Shown one piece after another: positions 12,054 to 24,403 of a stretch of 64,000 nucleotides of DNA. The notes under the pieces are model-generated. The model had not been told where the DNA came from. It saw only the letters and a list, made by a program, of their open reading frames with translations, and did no database searches. The DNA comes from Eledone cirrhosa (lineage: Eukaryota), in assembly GCA_964016885.1 (NCBI GenBank), contig OZ024740.1:291028001-291092000 (forward strand), in the 5' to 3' direction. Made by a program: the position numbers and the translations under genes. Position 1 is the first letter of the stretch; each line of letters begins with the position of its first letter.

Positions 12054-15000
12054 CATCATCATCATCATCATCAATGTTTAACGTCCGTGTTCCACGCTTG
12101 CATGGGTTTGGACGGGGGTTTTCCCACTTGAGGCAAGAGTGATTGTCTTGCTCGCATAGGACTGTCTGGCGGGTTTTCTACAGCTGGATGCCCTTCCTAA
12201 CACCAACCACATTTACAGTGTGGGGCTGGGAGGTTTTTACCGTGTTGCCTACATGGCCACATTACAGCATGGACTGTCTGGCAGGTTTTCTACAGCTGGA
12301 TGCCCTTCCTAACACCAACCACATTTACAGTGTGGGGCTGGGAGGTTTTTACTGTGTTGCCTACACGGCCACATTACAGCGTGGACTGTGTGTTTTTTTG
12401 TCGTGACACCTACACAATCTCATTTGTTTCGGCCTGGATGTTGTGGCACCAACATAACTTTACATTGAAGGGGCGGTGTGGATCGGGTGGAGGTGGTGAG
12501 ACGGGGGTGTATTTTGTTAGAGATGCCTACTGGCTGTAGTAGGTTTTACTTTGTATTTAGGTAAGGCGGGTCTTCTCAATTACTGAGTACCACCAAAGGT
12601 CTCGGTCCAGTGACATTGTCTTGGAGAGGTGTAAGTGTGTGAGGTCGGAATTTATCAGGTCGTCACAGGTTTTTCTGGGTCTGCCTACTCCGTAGCTACC
12701 TTCTATCTTTATTGCCCTGCACTTTGTTATACAGCTGTCGTCTTTCATGCGCATCACGTGACCATACCAACGTAGCCTTCTCTCGAGTAAACAACATCTG
12801 ATCCCTCTTATTTCTAATTTTTTCCTTAGTTCGCTTATGCTTTGCCGTTCACGTATGTTACTATTACACATCCAGCGGAGCATGCAAGCTTCGTTCCTCT
12901 CTAGTCTGCGTATATCCTCTGCACACAATGCCCAGGTCGCACTGCCATGCAACATTGCTGTTCGTATGCAGGCATCATACAACCTGCCTTTCATTCTTAG
13001 GGAGAACCCTTTAGCGGCTAATAGTGGTATAAGCTCTCTGAACTTTTTCCAACCAGTTCTGACTCTAGCTACTGTACTTTCAGAGCACCCTCCCCCACTG
13101 CTGATTTTGTCGCCCAGGTAACGGAAGCTGTCCACTATTTCTATAGAACCCTCTGCGCAATTGAAAGAGCTAGTATTATGTGGGCACTTGCTGCTACTTA
13201 TTGCACCAGAGCACTGGCCACATGTAAAATCTATGTTCTTAGTTAGCTTACCTGTGATCCCACTACATCTTTTATGCCCCCATACTTTGCATTTGGGACA
13301 TAAAATATAGTTTCTACCTACGCCTTTCCTACACACTGAGCATGGCCATTTCCCGGAAGGGACCGGCGCCTTATTTTCTTTCCTACAAACTAGAACTTTA
13401 GTCTTAGCCGTGCTTCCATGTTTGGAATTTCTTCTCTAGCTCGACCATTGATTCAGCTATGAGCGTTAGATCATCTGCGTATAGGAGTTCCCATGGGCAG
13501 CCGGTCTTGAACTCCTCTGTTATAGCCTGAAGGGCAATAATAAATAGTAGGTGTCTAAGAACAGAGCCCTGATGGACACCAACTTTTACGCTAAACTCTT
13601 CACTATATTCGTTGTTAATTCTAACCTTGCTCACTGTTTCTTTATACATGGCTTGTATAGCTCTCACAAGCCATTCGTCAACACCTAGTTTTCTAAGAGC
13701 CCACCAGATAATGGAACGGGGGACTCTGTCGAAGGCTTTCTCCAAGTCAACAAAAGCTAAGTGTAGGGGTTTACTTTTAGCTAGGTACTTCTCCTGTAGT
13801 TGTCGTACAATGAAAAGAGCATCTGTGGTACTTTTGCCTGACACAAACCCGAACTGCATTTCATCTAGATCAATTCTCTCTCTGATTAGTTGCGCTATTA
13901 CTTTTTCCGTGACCTTCATGACCTGGTCGATTAATTTAATGCCTCTATAGTTACACCTATCTAGGGCATCTCCTTTACCCTTGTAACAGTTAATGATGAT
14001 GCTGCTACGCCAGTCCTTCGGAACAACCCCATTCTGTATGACTTGGTTTACTATCCGGGAGACCATGGTGTGTCCCACCGTTCCAGAGGCTTTCAGCATC
14101 TCAGCAACTATTCCCGAAGGCCCAGCCGCCTTACCCGCCTTCATATCTTTGATTGCCTTACTTATTATACTACCTTCGACTAACACTGCTGGTCCCTATA
14201 TTGGGTCGATGTGGGGGAGACTGTCTTTCTCCCATTTATTCTCCTCATTTAGAAGCCTTTCGTAGTGACTCTTCCAAGCTACCTTCTTATCAGCGTCAGT
14301 GATGGCAAGTACGCCTTCATCATTAAGTACACACTTCTCCCTGACAATATCACGGTTTTCCTTGACACATTGCCTAGCAATCCTGAACACCTCACGTTTT
14401 TGGTCCTCGCGTTGTAGAACATGCTTGAACTTTCTTTTCTCTGCTTCCCTTCTTGCGAAGTACACTTGTCTCCTAGCTTCCCTCCTGGCCACTTGATAGT
14501 CTTCTCTACTTCCCCCATCCCGCCATACTTTCCAAGCCTGCTTTTTGGCCTTAATTGACTCCTCCACCTTACTGTTGCACCACCATGTTACTCTCCTCCT
14601 ACCTACAGGCCTGCTCCAGCCACAGACTTCGTTTGCCGCCGTCAGCAGGTTTGCTTTCAGGAATTCCCACTGTTCCTCTATATTATACGACTCTAATTGC
14701 TCTTCCTTACTGTCGAAAGCATCAAGTAATATGCTTTGAAATTTATTTCTGGCTGCGGGGTCCTTTAGCTTCCATATTTTTCTCCTGAGGATAATCCTCT
14801 TCTGCTGTCTAGTACGTCTCGTCCTGACTATGAGGTCGCTAATTATCAGTCTATGTTGGGAGGTGCATTCTTCATGGGTGAGGGATTTAGTGTTAACAAC
14901 AGACATTCTGTCACGTCTTCTGGTAAGGATATAATTTACCTGGCTTGTGTGTTCCCCCGATCTATAGGTGATCAAGTGATTGTCTCGTTTTTTGAAGTTA

Positions 15001-15560
15001 GTGTTACAGATAGTTAGGTTATTTGCCTCACAGAATTCCAGGATTCTGGAGCTTTCCTCATTTCTAGTACCGAACCCATAGCCTCCATGAATTCCGTCAT
15101 GGCCGTCACAATGTTGTCCAACATGACCGTTTAGGTCGCCTGCAATAATTATATAGTCACTGTCAGTTATTTGGGAGGTAGCGAGCATCAGTGTCTCATA
15201 GAATCTGTCTTTTATAGCGCCGGGCAGTCCGGATTGGGGTGCGTACGCAGATATTACTGTCACCGTAGTTCTATTGAGGACAAGTCTTATTTTCATTATT
15301 CTGTCGTTCACTCTATTTACGTCTATTATCTTATCTGCCCACTTTTCTGCTACCATGATACCTACTCCACCCAGCCCATTGTCATTTCCCACCCAGAAAA
15401 GCTTATAGCATCGTTCTTTACCCACGATGAATCTAGCAGACCCTCCCCTCCACCTGGTCTCTTGAATACAACAAACATCGACCTCCTTACATTCAAGCAT
15501 TTCTACAACCTCGTTAGAGCGACCCTTTAAGGTGCCTACATTCATGGTACCAACTCTGAA
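12054..15560 (-). mobile_element. RTE LINE family A, nearly complete ORF, frameshifted
   Basis: APE (GTMNVGTL, IQETRW, GDLNGH, SQHRLI), RT (QFGF, FVDLEKAFDRV, GVHQGSVL, LLYADDL), PHD-like finger, (CAT)n tail at 12054. Confidence 0.93.
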
Positions 15561-15612
15561 TACATATATATGTACATATATATATATACATATTATATAT
15601 TTATACATATAT

Positions 15613-15643
<31 letters not shown>

Positions 15644-16846
15644 TAAAAGAAACAGTCAGCAAGGTTAGAATTAACAACGAATATAGTGAAGAGTTTAGTG
15701 TAAAAGTTGGTGTTCATCAGGGCTCTGTTCTTAGCCCCCTACTATTTATTATTGCCCTTCAGGCTATAACAGTGGAGTTCAAGAACATAGATTTTACATG
15801 TGGCCAGTGCTCTGGTGCAATAAGTAGCAGCAAGTGCCCACAAAATACTAGCTCTTTCAATTGCGCAGAGGGTTCTATAGAAATAGTGGACAGCTTCCGT
15901 TACCTGGGTGACAAAATCAGCAGTAGGGGAGGGTGCTCTGAAAGTACAGTAGCTAGAGTCAGAACTGGTTGGAAAAAGTTCAGAGAGCTTATACCACTAT
16001 TAGCCGCTAAAGGGTTCTCCCTAAAAATGAAAGGCAAGTTGTATGATGCCTGCATACGAACATCAATGTTGTATGGCAGTGAGACCTGGGCATTGTGTGC
16101 AGAGGATATACACAGACTAGAGAGGAACGAAGCTTGCATGCTCCGCTGGATGTGTAATAGTAATATACGTGAACGGCAAAGCATAAACGAACTAAGGTAA
16201 AAATTAGAAATAAGAGGGATCAGATGTTGTTTACTCGAGAGAAGACTACGTTGGTATGGTCACGTGATGCGCATGAAAGACGATAGCTGTATAAAAAAGT
16301 ACAGGGCGATAAAAATAGACGGTAGCCACGGAGTAGGCAGACCCAGAAAAACCTGTGACGACCTGATAAATTCCGACCTCACACACACCTCTCCAAGACA
16401 ATCTCACTGGACCGAGATCTTTGGCGGTACTCAGTAACAGAGAAGACCTGCCTTGCCTAAATACAAAGTAAACCTACTACAGTCAGTAGGCATCTCTAAC
16501 AAAATACGCCCCCGTCCCACCACCCCCACTCCATCCACACCGCCCCTTTCAATGTAAAGTTATGTTGGTGCCACAACATCCAGGCCGAAACAAATGAGAT
16601 CGTGTAGGTGTCACGACAAAAAAACACACAGTCCACGCTGTAATGTGGCCGTGTAGGCAACACGGTAAAAACCTCCCAGTCCCACACTGTAAATGTGGTT
16701 GGTGCTAAGAAGGGCATCCAGCTGTAGAAAACCCGCCAGACAGTCCTATGCGAGCAAGACAACCACTCTTGCCTCAAGTGGGAAAACTCCCGTCCAAACC
16801 CATGCAAGCGTGGAACACGGACGTTAAATGATAATGATGATGATGA
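15644..16846 (+). mobile_element. RTE LINE family A, 5'-truncated, with an internal deletion
   Basis: KETVSKVRINNEYSEEFSVKVGVHQGSVLSP...EFK|NIDFTC; 3' UTR and (GAT)n tail at about 16830. Confidence 0.9.
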
Positions 16847-16913
16847 TATATATATATACATACATATTATATATATATATACATATATATATACAAACAT
16901 ATATATATACACA

Positions 16914-16999
<86 letters not shown>

Positions 17000-17004
17000 A
17001 TATG

Positions 17005-17048
<44 letters not shown>

Positions 17049-17054
<6 letters not shown>

Positions 17055-17311
17055 GCAATGCCTTTGCTCACTATAAAAGCTTCACGGCACAGGCATTGCT
17101 TTATATCTGGAGATCTCTCTGCACTTGTCGTCACATGGTACCATGGGCCCAGCACTATGTGTCAATAATTGTCACAAGTGTAGTGTTTGTACCCGAGTTT
17201 TCAAGTCGCTGGCTGGACTGAAAAGTCACACTCGTTTAGCGCATCAGTAGGGGTTCTCCTACATGGATATAAAGTAGTGGCCGTACTCGAAAACGAGTTG
17301 GCAGCCACCAT
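17049..17311 (+). mobile_element. 3' end of a BovB-like RTE (C2H2 finger + tail)
   Basis: Encodes HKCSVCTRVFKSLAGLKSHTRLAHQ*; tail ggccgtactcgaaaacgag..agccaccatata resembles 25110-25152. Confidence 0.65.
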
Positions 17312-17322
17312 ATATATGTATA

Positions 17323-18194
17323 TCTATATATATAAAACTGTGGTTGTCTGTCTGTCTATCGATTTTTGGCACACATCTCCTCTTAGAATCTCTCACGGAA
17401 TTGCACCGAAATTGCTATACTTGTACATTGAGCCCTAGCGAAGACATCGGAAAAAAAAAAATTTCAAATTGATCCACCCTATGTGACGAAATCGAATATA
17501 ATGTATCGATTTTTGAGCGTAAGTTATCAGTTATTTCCCTTTGTTTACATTGAACGTCTTACGTAAAAAATTTCAATACACGAACAGTTGTCGAGCCAGC
17601 AAAATATTGACCTGCAAAATTCATCAGTTCGAACACTAAGCTTCCGTTTTGCTTCATTTCCATTTAAAAGCATTTTAAAACAATATTTTTACTTGAAAAC
17701 AAGTCTATTTAAAGACTACGTAAAACAAGCAAATATTTCGTCGTTAGGCGTGCAGACAGACAGTCGTGCAGACAGACAGTCGTGCAGAGAGGTGATATAG
17801 GCGTGCAGACAGATAGTCGTGCAGAGAGGTGATATACGCGTGCAGACAGACAGTCGTGCAGAGAGGTGATATAGGCGTGCAGACAGACATAACTGATAAT
17901 TTGGTTACGCTAATGTTTTTATCTGCGTTGCAGTGTTTACATTTTCGATCTTTGTTAATAAATAACCAGTGCAGTTTCTATCCCCAGCATCCTCTTTTGT
18001 TATAACATTCGGGTTATCGTTATGTTTTCTTAACTTCATAAGGCATATTGTTGTTTGAGGGAATATTAATCAAAAACACCACATGCAAGTCTGCACAGTA
18101 GACACTACAGTTTTTAAGCCAAAAAAGAAACTTAACATTGTAACTTTAACACAGCTACTGAGCGACCCCGAGCAACGCCGGGCTTTACTGCTAG
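17323..18194 (+). mobile_element. Non-autonomous Helitron
   Basis: A|TCTATATATATAAAA 5' end, (GTCT)n near the 5' end, 3' hairpin cccg-agcaacgc-cggg, terminal CTAG|T. Confidence 0.8.
17747..17890. repeat. Minisatellite of about 37 bp inside the Helitron
   Basis: ggcgtgcagacagacagtcgtgcagagaggtgatata, about 3.5 copies. Confidence 0.85.
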
Positions 18195-18392
18195 TATACA
18201 TATATATATATAATATGTATATATAATATGTATATATATATGTATATATATATATAATATGTATATATAATATGTATATATATATGTATATATATATGTA
18301 TATATATATGTATATATATATGTATATATATATGCATATATATATGCATATATATATGTATATATATATGTATATATATATGCATATATATA

Positions 18393-18440
<48 letters not shown>

Positions 18441-18612
18441 GGCATGTATATATATATAGGCATATATATATATATAGGCATATATATATATATAGGCATA
18501 TATATATATATAGGTATATATATATATATATTTATATATATGTATATATATATTTATATATATGCATATATATATTTATATGTATATATATATTTATATG
18601 TATATATATATT

Positions 18613-18658
<46 letters not shown>
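18195..18658. repeat. (TA)n microsatellite
   Basis: Seen directly. Confidence 0.95.
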
Positions 18659-18659
<1 letters not shown>

Positions 18660-18812
18660 CATCATCATCATCATCCTCGTTTAACGTCCACTTTCCACAG
18701 TAGCATGTATGTATATATATATATATGTAGGAGGTGAGTTTTATTGTAGTACAATAAAGCAATGCAGATATCGGATAAGAAGCACTCTACAGTTTGTAGG
18801 ACTGGAGTATAC

Positions 18813-19150
18813 ATAATATATAAGAACAAAAGATGGTTAAAAGAGTTCCATGTATTTTATTATGCGCATTTCAAAAACAAATATCATCATGCAATAATAT
18901 TTGTGTTTTCATCAGATAAAACAGGAGGACATGATATGAAGGTTAAAAAACACTTGTGGATAGTGCAGTTTTAAATCAACATGTTGATTTAAAACTGCAC
19001 TATCCACAAGTGTTTTTTAACCTTCATATCATGTCCTCCTGTTTTATCTGATGAAAACACAAATATTATTGCATGATGATATTTGTTTTTGAAATGCGCA
19101 TAATAAAATACATGGAACTCTTTTAACCATCTTTTGTTCTTATATATTAT
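18813..19150. repeat. Perfect spacerless 338-bp palindrome carrying a hammerhead in each arm
   Basis: Centre at 18981/18982 (caaca|tgttg); arms are exact reverse complements by eye; unique tail 18725-18812. Confidence 0.9.
19041..19109 (+). ncRNA. Type I hammerhead ribozyme; mirror copy at 18854-18922 on minus strand
   Basis: Stem I gttttat/ataaaat; CTGATGA 19048-19054; stem II aaac.caaatat...atatttg.tttt; GAAA 19091-19094; palindrome tgcgca; UA. Confidence 0.8.
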
Positions 19151-19221
19151 ATATATATATATATATCTAGACTAAAGTCATCGACCTGTTGTCAAACTCT
19201 CTACTCTGTGTTGAATGTGTG

Positions 19222-19254
<33 letters not shown>

Positions 19255-19571
19255 GTATGTATATGTATGTATATACATCACTCAGTCAAACGACCAGATT
19301 TCAACCCCAACATCTACAACAACAACACCAGCACTAATGTTTACAGCAACAACAGCTTCAGAATGAATTGAAATGAACATTTACAACAACAACAGCGGCA
19401 TCAAACGATAAAAAACAAAACAAAAAAAACACCACAAACAAACAAAAAAACTCAAAATAACAAAACACACACGCACACAACAACAACATCAACTGCCATC
19501 ACCACCACCGCCATCACCATCAGCAGCGACCGGGCCTTAAGAAGAAGAAAACAACTTTAATAATAATAATT

Positions 19572-19720
19572 TTTCTGCTTTTGGCACGGATCCAGCGTTT
19601 ACGGATCCAGCATCACTGGTACTCTCTTTTGTTGACTCCGTGGGGATGAAGGGCAGGGTTGACCTCGGCGGGATTTAGGCTCAGTGCGTGGAGAGCCATA
19701 GCTCTAAGCTGTAACGCAAT
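19572..19720 (-). mobile_element. SINE family 1, decayed
   Basis: actggtact...gatgaagggcagggttgacctcggcgggattt. Confidence 0.6.
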
Positions 19721-20289
19721 TATAATAAAACTGGTCTGTAATACGAACAGCTTCAACTATACGAACTCTTGAAAGTCAACAGTTGACATAATCTTGTAAT
19801 CCTGTATCAGTAATTACGGTAATATATATATATATGTGTGTGTGTGTAAGTGAGTAGCGTGTGTGTTTGTTTGTATGTTTGAGTGTTGCTGTGTGCGCGT
19901 GTGTGCGCGCATATGTATGCGCGTTTGTGTATGTCGTACGTATAAGTGTCAATAACTGAGTTTTTTTTTTTTTTTTTTTGCGCGGGGACATAGAAATAAT
20001 CGGGCTGGATGCCCGATCGCGCAGTTAAACCACTGGGAGTGAAGAACCCCTAGCCCTTGTCGGCATTCTTCTAGGAGAAGGCATCTCAGGAAACTGGGTT
20101 AACTCCGACATAAAACCTGCGGCTCAGTAGTTACCGATGATGTTGATCTTTTCTTCTTTTCGGGTTATAGCTACTGTCGCTCAGAGAGTGGGATTGGTTC
20201 AGTGCACAGTCTTTCCTCACTTTAAAAATATTCGTCACGCACAGGCATTGCACGAGTGCATTAATAATTATTAATAGTATATTATTATT

Positions 20290-21155
20290 GAACTGACCAG
20301 TCTGTACCGGAGGACTTTTGAGCCGGGGACGATGGACAATTTCCAGAAATCCCTCGCTTGGCAGTGCTACCGGGGGGCATTGCCGGTTCGGGATAAACTC
20401 TACAGGCACGGAAGTGCTGTCAGACGGACCTGCCCAAGATGCGCACAGAACGACGAAACCGTTTTGCACGCACTTGTCCAATGTCCGTGCATTACTGACT
20501 TGTGGAGTTATGTCGAACAGCTACTGTCACGTGTGGAATGAATCCGGCTATCGGCCGAGTCCATAGTGAAGATCGATCCACCGCCTTCCTTAGGTCAGGA
20601 AGAGCAGGAAATTTTCCTCTGTCTGGTGGCAGTTGCGAAAGAGATTATATGGTGGACCAGGTTGAAAGGACTAAAGACAGACACTTTTCTCTTCGGCCAA
20701 TCCCTCATCAACTTCTTCAAGTTTCACCTGGAAAGGAAGGTGAGGGTGGAGAGAGAAGTGCTGCCCCCCAGTACATTTGCTAAAAGGTGGGTGAATGTGG
20801 CGAGAATGGCTCGTGTGAATGGGCCTACTCTGACCATGTGCCTATAGGCTAGCTAACTTGAGGAGAGGGGTGCTCTCTCTGGGTGCCCTAGAAGCGCAGG
20901 GTGGTTCAGGATTGGTGGGGTACCCGAATCACCCCAGGGTCGTCCACCCCTATCGGGGAATTTATTTTGTTATATTTATGCATAGTTTATTTTATATTTT
21001 CATTGTTAAATTAGTCTTGCCATTGTGCACTTTTACTCGACCTTATTGTAAATCCCCACTGTCCCTGTCTTTGTATTGTCCCCTACATGTCGGCCCTTGT
21101 GGCTAATAAATGAAATCATTATTATTATCATTATTATTGTTACTATTATTATTAC
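20290..21155 (+). mobile_element. Tx1/L1-clade LINE 3' fragment with (ATT)n tail
   Basis: zf-RVT-like WQCYRGALPVRDKLYRHG...CPRCAQNDETVLHALVQCP; AATAAA followed by (ATT)n. Confidence 0.8.
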
Positions 21156-21175
21156 TGTTCCCCCCCCCCAATTCA

Positions 21176-23722
21176 ATGATGTTCCAGAACAATATAAAAG
21201 AGATAATTGGCAATTTAGGTTCTGGAACAAAAAAGATAATTGGCAATAAGGGCAGGAGCCCCAGGTTATCACAGCCTGGGCCCGCTCGTCATCGTGCCAT
21301 TGTAATAAAGCCAAACAAGGCATTTAGTCTTGGCTGCTGGAATGTACGGACGTTGCTTGACAGGGATTCCTTGGAACGTCCTGAACGAAGGACCGCTCTT
21401 GTTGCAAAGGAGCTTCGACGTTACGATCTTGACATCGTGGCTTTATCTGAGACGAGGCTAGCTGGAGATGGTCATCTTACGGAATTTTGTGGAGAATATA
21501 CATTCTTCTGGAAAGGAAGAGATGAAGGAACCAGAAGAGAGGCTGGGCTAGGATTTGCTGTTAAGACTGTACTTGTGAATAAATTAGAAGAATTCCCAGT
21601 AGGGATTAGTGAGCGTCTTATGTCCATGAGAGTTCCGCTGGACAAAGGAAGATATATGACCCTGGTGAGTGTGTCTGCTCCAACAATGAATTCTGTCGAT
21701 GAAGAAAAAGTGTCCTTTTACCATGCCTTGAAAGGTGTTTTAAGAAATATCCCTCAGGCAGACAAAGTCATCGTACTTGGTGACTTTAATGCTAGAGTGG
21801 GTAGGGATTTTAACACATGGAATGTAATCGGAAGGCATGGGGTGGGAAAGTGTAACAGCAATGGTATGCTCCTGCTGCAGATGTGTGAGGAGCTGGATCT
21901 GTGTGTTACCAACACCATGTTCCAACAAAAGAACAAATTCAAGACCACATGGATGCATCCTGCATCTAAGGAATGGCATCTTTTGGACTACGTCCTAGTC
22001 AGGATGCGTGACAGACAGGATGTGCAGTGTGTTCATGCTCTTCGTGGAGCTGAGTGCTGGACGGACCACCGCCTGGTACGCGCAAAAGTGAAACTAATCA
22101 CTAAACGTAAAATCCGGGCTCCTGGTGTTGCCCTGCCCAAAAGATTGAATGCTGCTCGTCTTAAGGATAAAAATGTGAAGAGGACATTGGAAGAAGAGAT
22201 GCAGGCTGCAGATCTTGGTGAGGATTGGCCCACCCTTAAAAAGTCGGTTTATGATGTAGGCAGGCGTGTTCTGGGATTGGTGCAGAGAAAACATCAGGAC
22301 TGGTTTAATGAGAATGATGTACATATAGAAGACTTGTTGGCTGATAAGTGGTGTGCTCTGTCACGCTACTTGATGGCAAAACTACAGGAGAGGAATACGT
22401 TGCTTGAGGAACTCAAGGATGTAAAATCATGTGTTAGGCGGAGTCTTTCTCAGATAAAGGATCAGTGGTGGAGTGAGAAGGTTGGTGAAATACAAACTGC
22501 GTCAGATTCCAATAACACAAAGCTGTTGTACAGTCTCTTGCGTGAGGTTTATGGACCGTCTTCTTCTCTGGTGACACCGCTTCGCAGCAAGGATGGCAAA
22601 GAACTTCTTCGTGACTCACAAGGAATTCAACGAAGGTGGCGAGAGCACTTTGATGATCCTTTGAATCAGCCGTCTGTCGTCAGTGAAGATTTCCTCAATC
22701 TCATTCCAGAAAGTCCTGTGAAAGTAGCTCTCGCAGAACCTCCGACGCCTGTGGAGGTTGCAGTGGCTATTTCGAAGCTGAACAGTGGAAGATCTCCAGG
22801 TATGGATGGCATACATGCTGAGCTCCTACAATATGGTGGTGAGAGACTCCTGCAACACCTTCACTCTTTGTTTGGCAGGATATGGGCTAATGAATCCGTA
22901 CCTGAGGACTGGAGAGATGCAGTAATGGTGGTCTTGTACAAGGGAAGGGGTATAAGGAATGATTGTGGGAACTACAGAGGTATATCATTGCTTTCTGTCG
23001 TAGGGAAAGTTTTATGTAGGGTGCTTCTGGACCGTCTGCTGACACACATTGCAGATTGTGTTCTTCCTGAAAGTCAATCTGGTTTTCGTGTTGGACGCGG
23101 CACTACTGATATGATCTTCTCGGCTAGACAGCTCCAGGAGAAGCGCATGGAACAAGGCTTGGATCTGTATCAGGTTTTTGTCGATCTGACAAAAGCTTTC
23201 GATACTGTTGACAGAGATGCATTATGGAAGGTTCTCCAGAAACTTGGTTGCCCTGATAAGTTCCTTGCTTTAGTTAGGTCTTTCCATGACGACATGAAGG
23301 CTTGGGTTAATGTCGGAGGTAACATGTCGGAGCCTATCTCAGTAAAAAATGGAGTGAAACAGGGGGATATTCCAGCACCGACCCTGTTTGCCATATACTT
23401 CGCAATGGTTTTCTGTATTGCATTCAGGAATTGCGAGCATGGTGTTTACATCCGATATCGAACCTCAGGCAGCATATTTAACATCAGGCGCTTTGCTGCA
23501 AAGACAAAAGTATTTACATCAATCATAAGAGACCTCTTGTATGCAGATGATTGCAATCTTGTAGCGCACACAGAGAGTGATATGCAGCACATTTTGAATG
23601 CATTTTCTGACGCTTGCACTGCCCTAGGATTGACTGTCAGTCTCAAGAAAACCGTCGTCATGTACCAACCTGCCCCTGGTAAGCAGTACACTGAACCAAA
23701 TATCTATGTGTATGGTAAATGA
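21176..23722 (+). CDS. RTE-BovB APE endonuclease + reverse transcriptase (premature stop at 23722)
   Basis: WNVRTL, ALSETR, LGDFNARVG, LDYVL, TDHRLV, NYRGISLL, FVDLTKAFDTV, GVKQGD, LLYADD. Confidence 0.9.
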   Translation: MMFQNNIKEIIGNLGSGTKKIIGNKGRSPRLSQPGPARHRAIVIKPNKAFSLGCWNVRTLLDRDSLERPERRTALVAKELRRYDLDIVALSETRLAGDGHLTEFCGEYTFFWKGRDEGTRREAGLGFAVKTVLVNKLEEFPVGISERLMSMRVPLDKGRYMTLVSVSAPTMNSVDEEKVSFYHALKGVLRNIPQADKVIVLGDFNARVGRDFNTWNVIGRHGVGKCNSNGMLLLQMCEELDLCVTNTMFQQKNKFKTTWMHPASKEWHLLDYVLVRMRDRQDVQCVHALRGAECWTDHRLVRAKVKLITKRKIRAPGVALPKRLNAARLKDKNVKRTLEEEMQAADLGEDWPTLKKSVYDVGRRVLGLVQRKHQDWFNENDVHIEDLLADKWCALSRYLMAKLQERNTLLEELKDVKSCVRRSLSQIKDQWWSEKVGEIQTASDSNNTKLLYSLLREVYGPSSSLVTPLRSKDGKELLRDSQGIQRRWREHFDDPLNQPSVVSEDFLNLIPESPVKVALAEPPTPVEVAVAISKLNSGRSPGMDGIHAELLQYGGERLLQHLHSLFGRIWANESVPEDWRDAVMVVLYKGRGIRNDCGNYRGISLLSVVGKVLCRVLLDRLLTHIADCVLPESQSGFRVGRGTTDMIFSARQLQEKRMEQGLDLYQVFVDLTKAFDTVDRDALWKVLQKLGCPDKFLALVRSFHDDMKAWVNVGGNMSEPISVKNGVKQGDIPAPTLFAIYFAMVFCIAFRNCEHGVYIRYRTSGSIFNIRRFAAKTKVFTSIIRDLLYADDCNLVAHTESDMQHILNAFSDACTALGLTVSLKKTVVMYQPAPGKQYTEPNIYVYGK

Positions 23723-24403
23723 CTTGGAGTGGTTGATAAGTTTGTCTACCTGGGAAGCACTGTCAATCGATACGGCAACCTTGACAGTGAAATTTCACTT
23801 AGGATTAGGAAAGCAAGTGATGCTTTCGGAAAGCTAGAAAGGCGACTGAGGTCGGCGAGACATATGCAGGAGGACAAAGGTAAAGGTGTACAAGGCATGT
23901 GTGCTCTCTTGTCTTCTTTATGCCTGCGAGACCTGGGTCACATATCGACACCACCTTAAGCAATTGGAGCGTTTCCATCAAATGTGTCTCAGACGGATCC
24001 ATGGCGTTCACTGGAGGGACCACATCAGTGATACCGAGATTTTGGAAAGCTCTATGTGTGACAGTATAGAAGCTCTTGTGCTTAAGCAACAACTCCGTTG
24101 AAGTGGTCACCTTGCCAGGATGAAGGATTCTAGAATACCAAAACAACTCTTTTATGGAGAGTTGGTTAAAGGAAAACGACCGCCACATAAACCAAAAAAG
24201 AGGTATAAGGATTCCTTGAAAGACTCTTTGAAAGACGCTAAGATCTCTGCTGATACATGGGAAAATATTGCTGCTGATCGTAATAAATGGAGAAAGACTG
24301 TATATGAGGGAAAAGTTGCCTTTGAGGCATCTCGAATCGCATACGAGAAAGTAAAGCGAGGAAGGGCATTGCTGTTGCACTTCCAGACGGCGAGGGTTCT
24401 CCT

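Noticed and set aside
21110-21175. Signal-peptide-like poly-Leu N-terminus on the 870-aa ORF
   Set aside because: It is the (ATT)n tail of the upstream Tx1 fragment read in frame.
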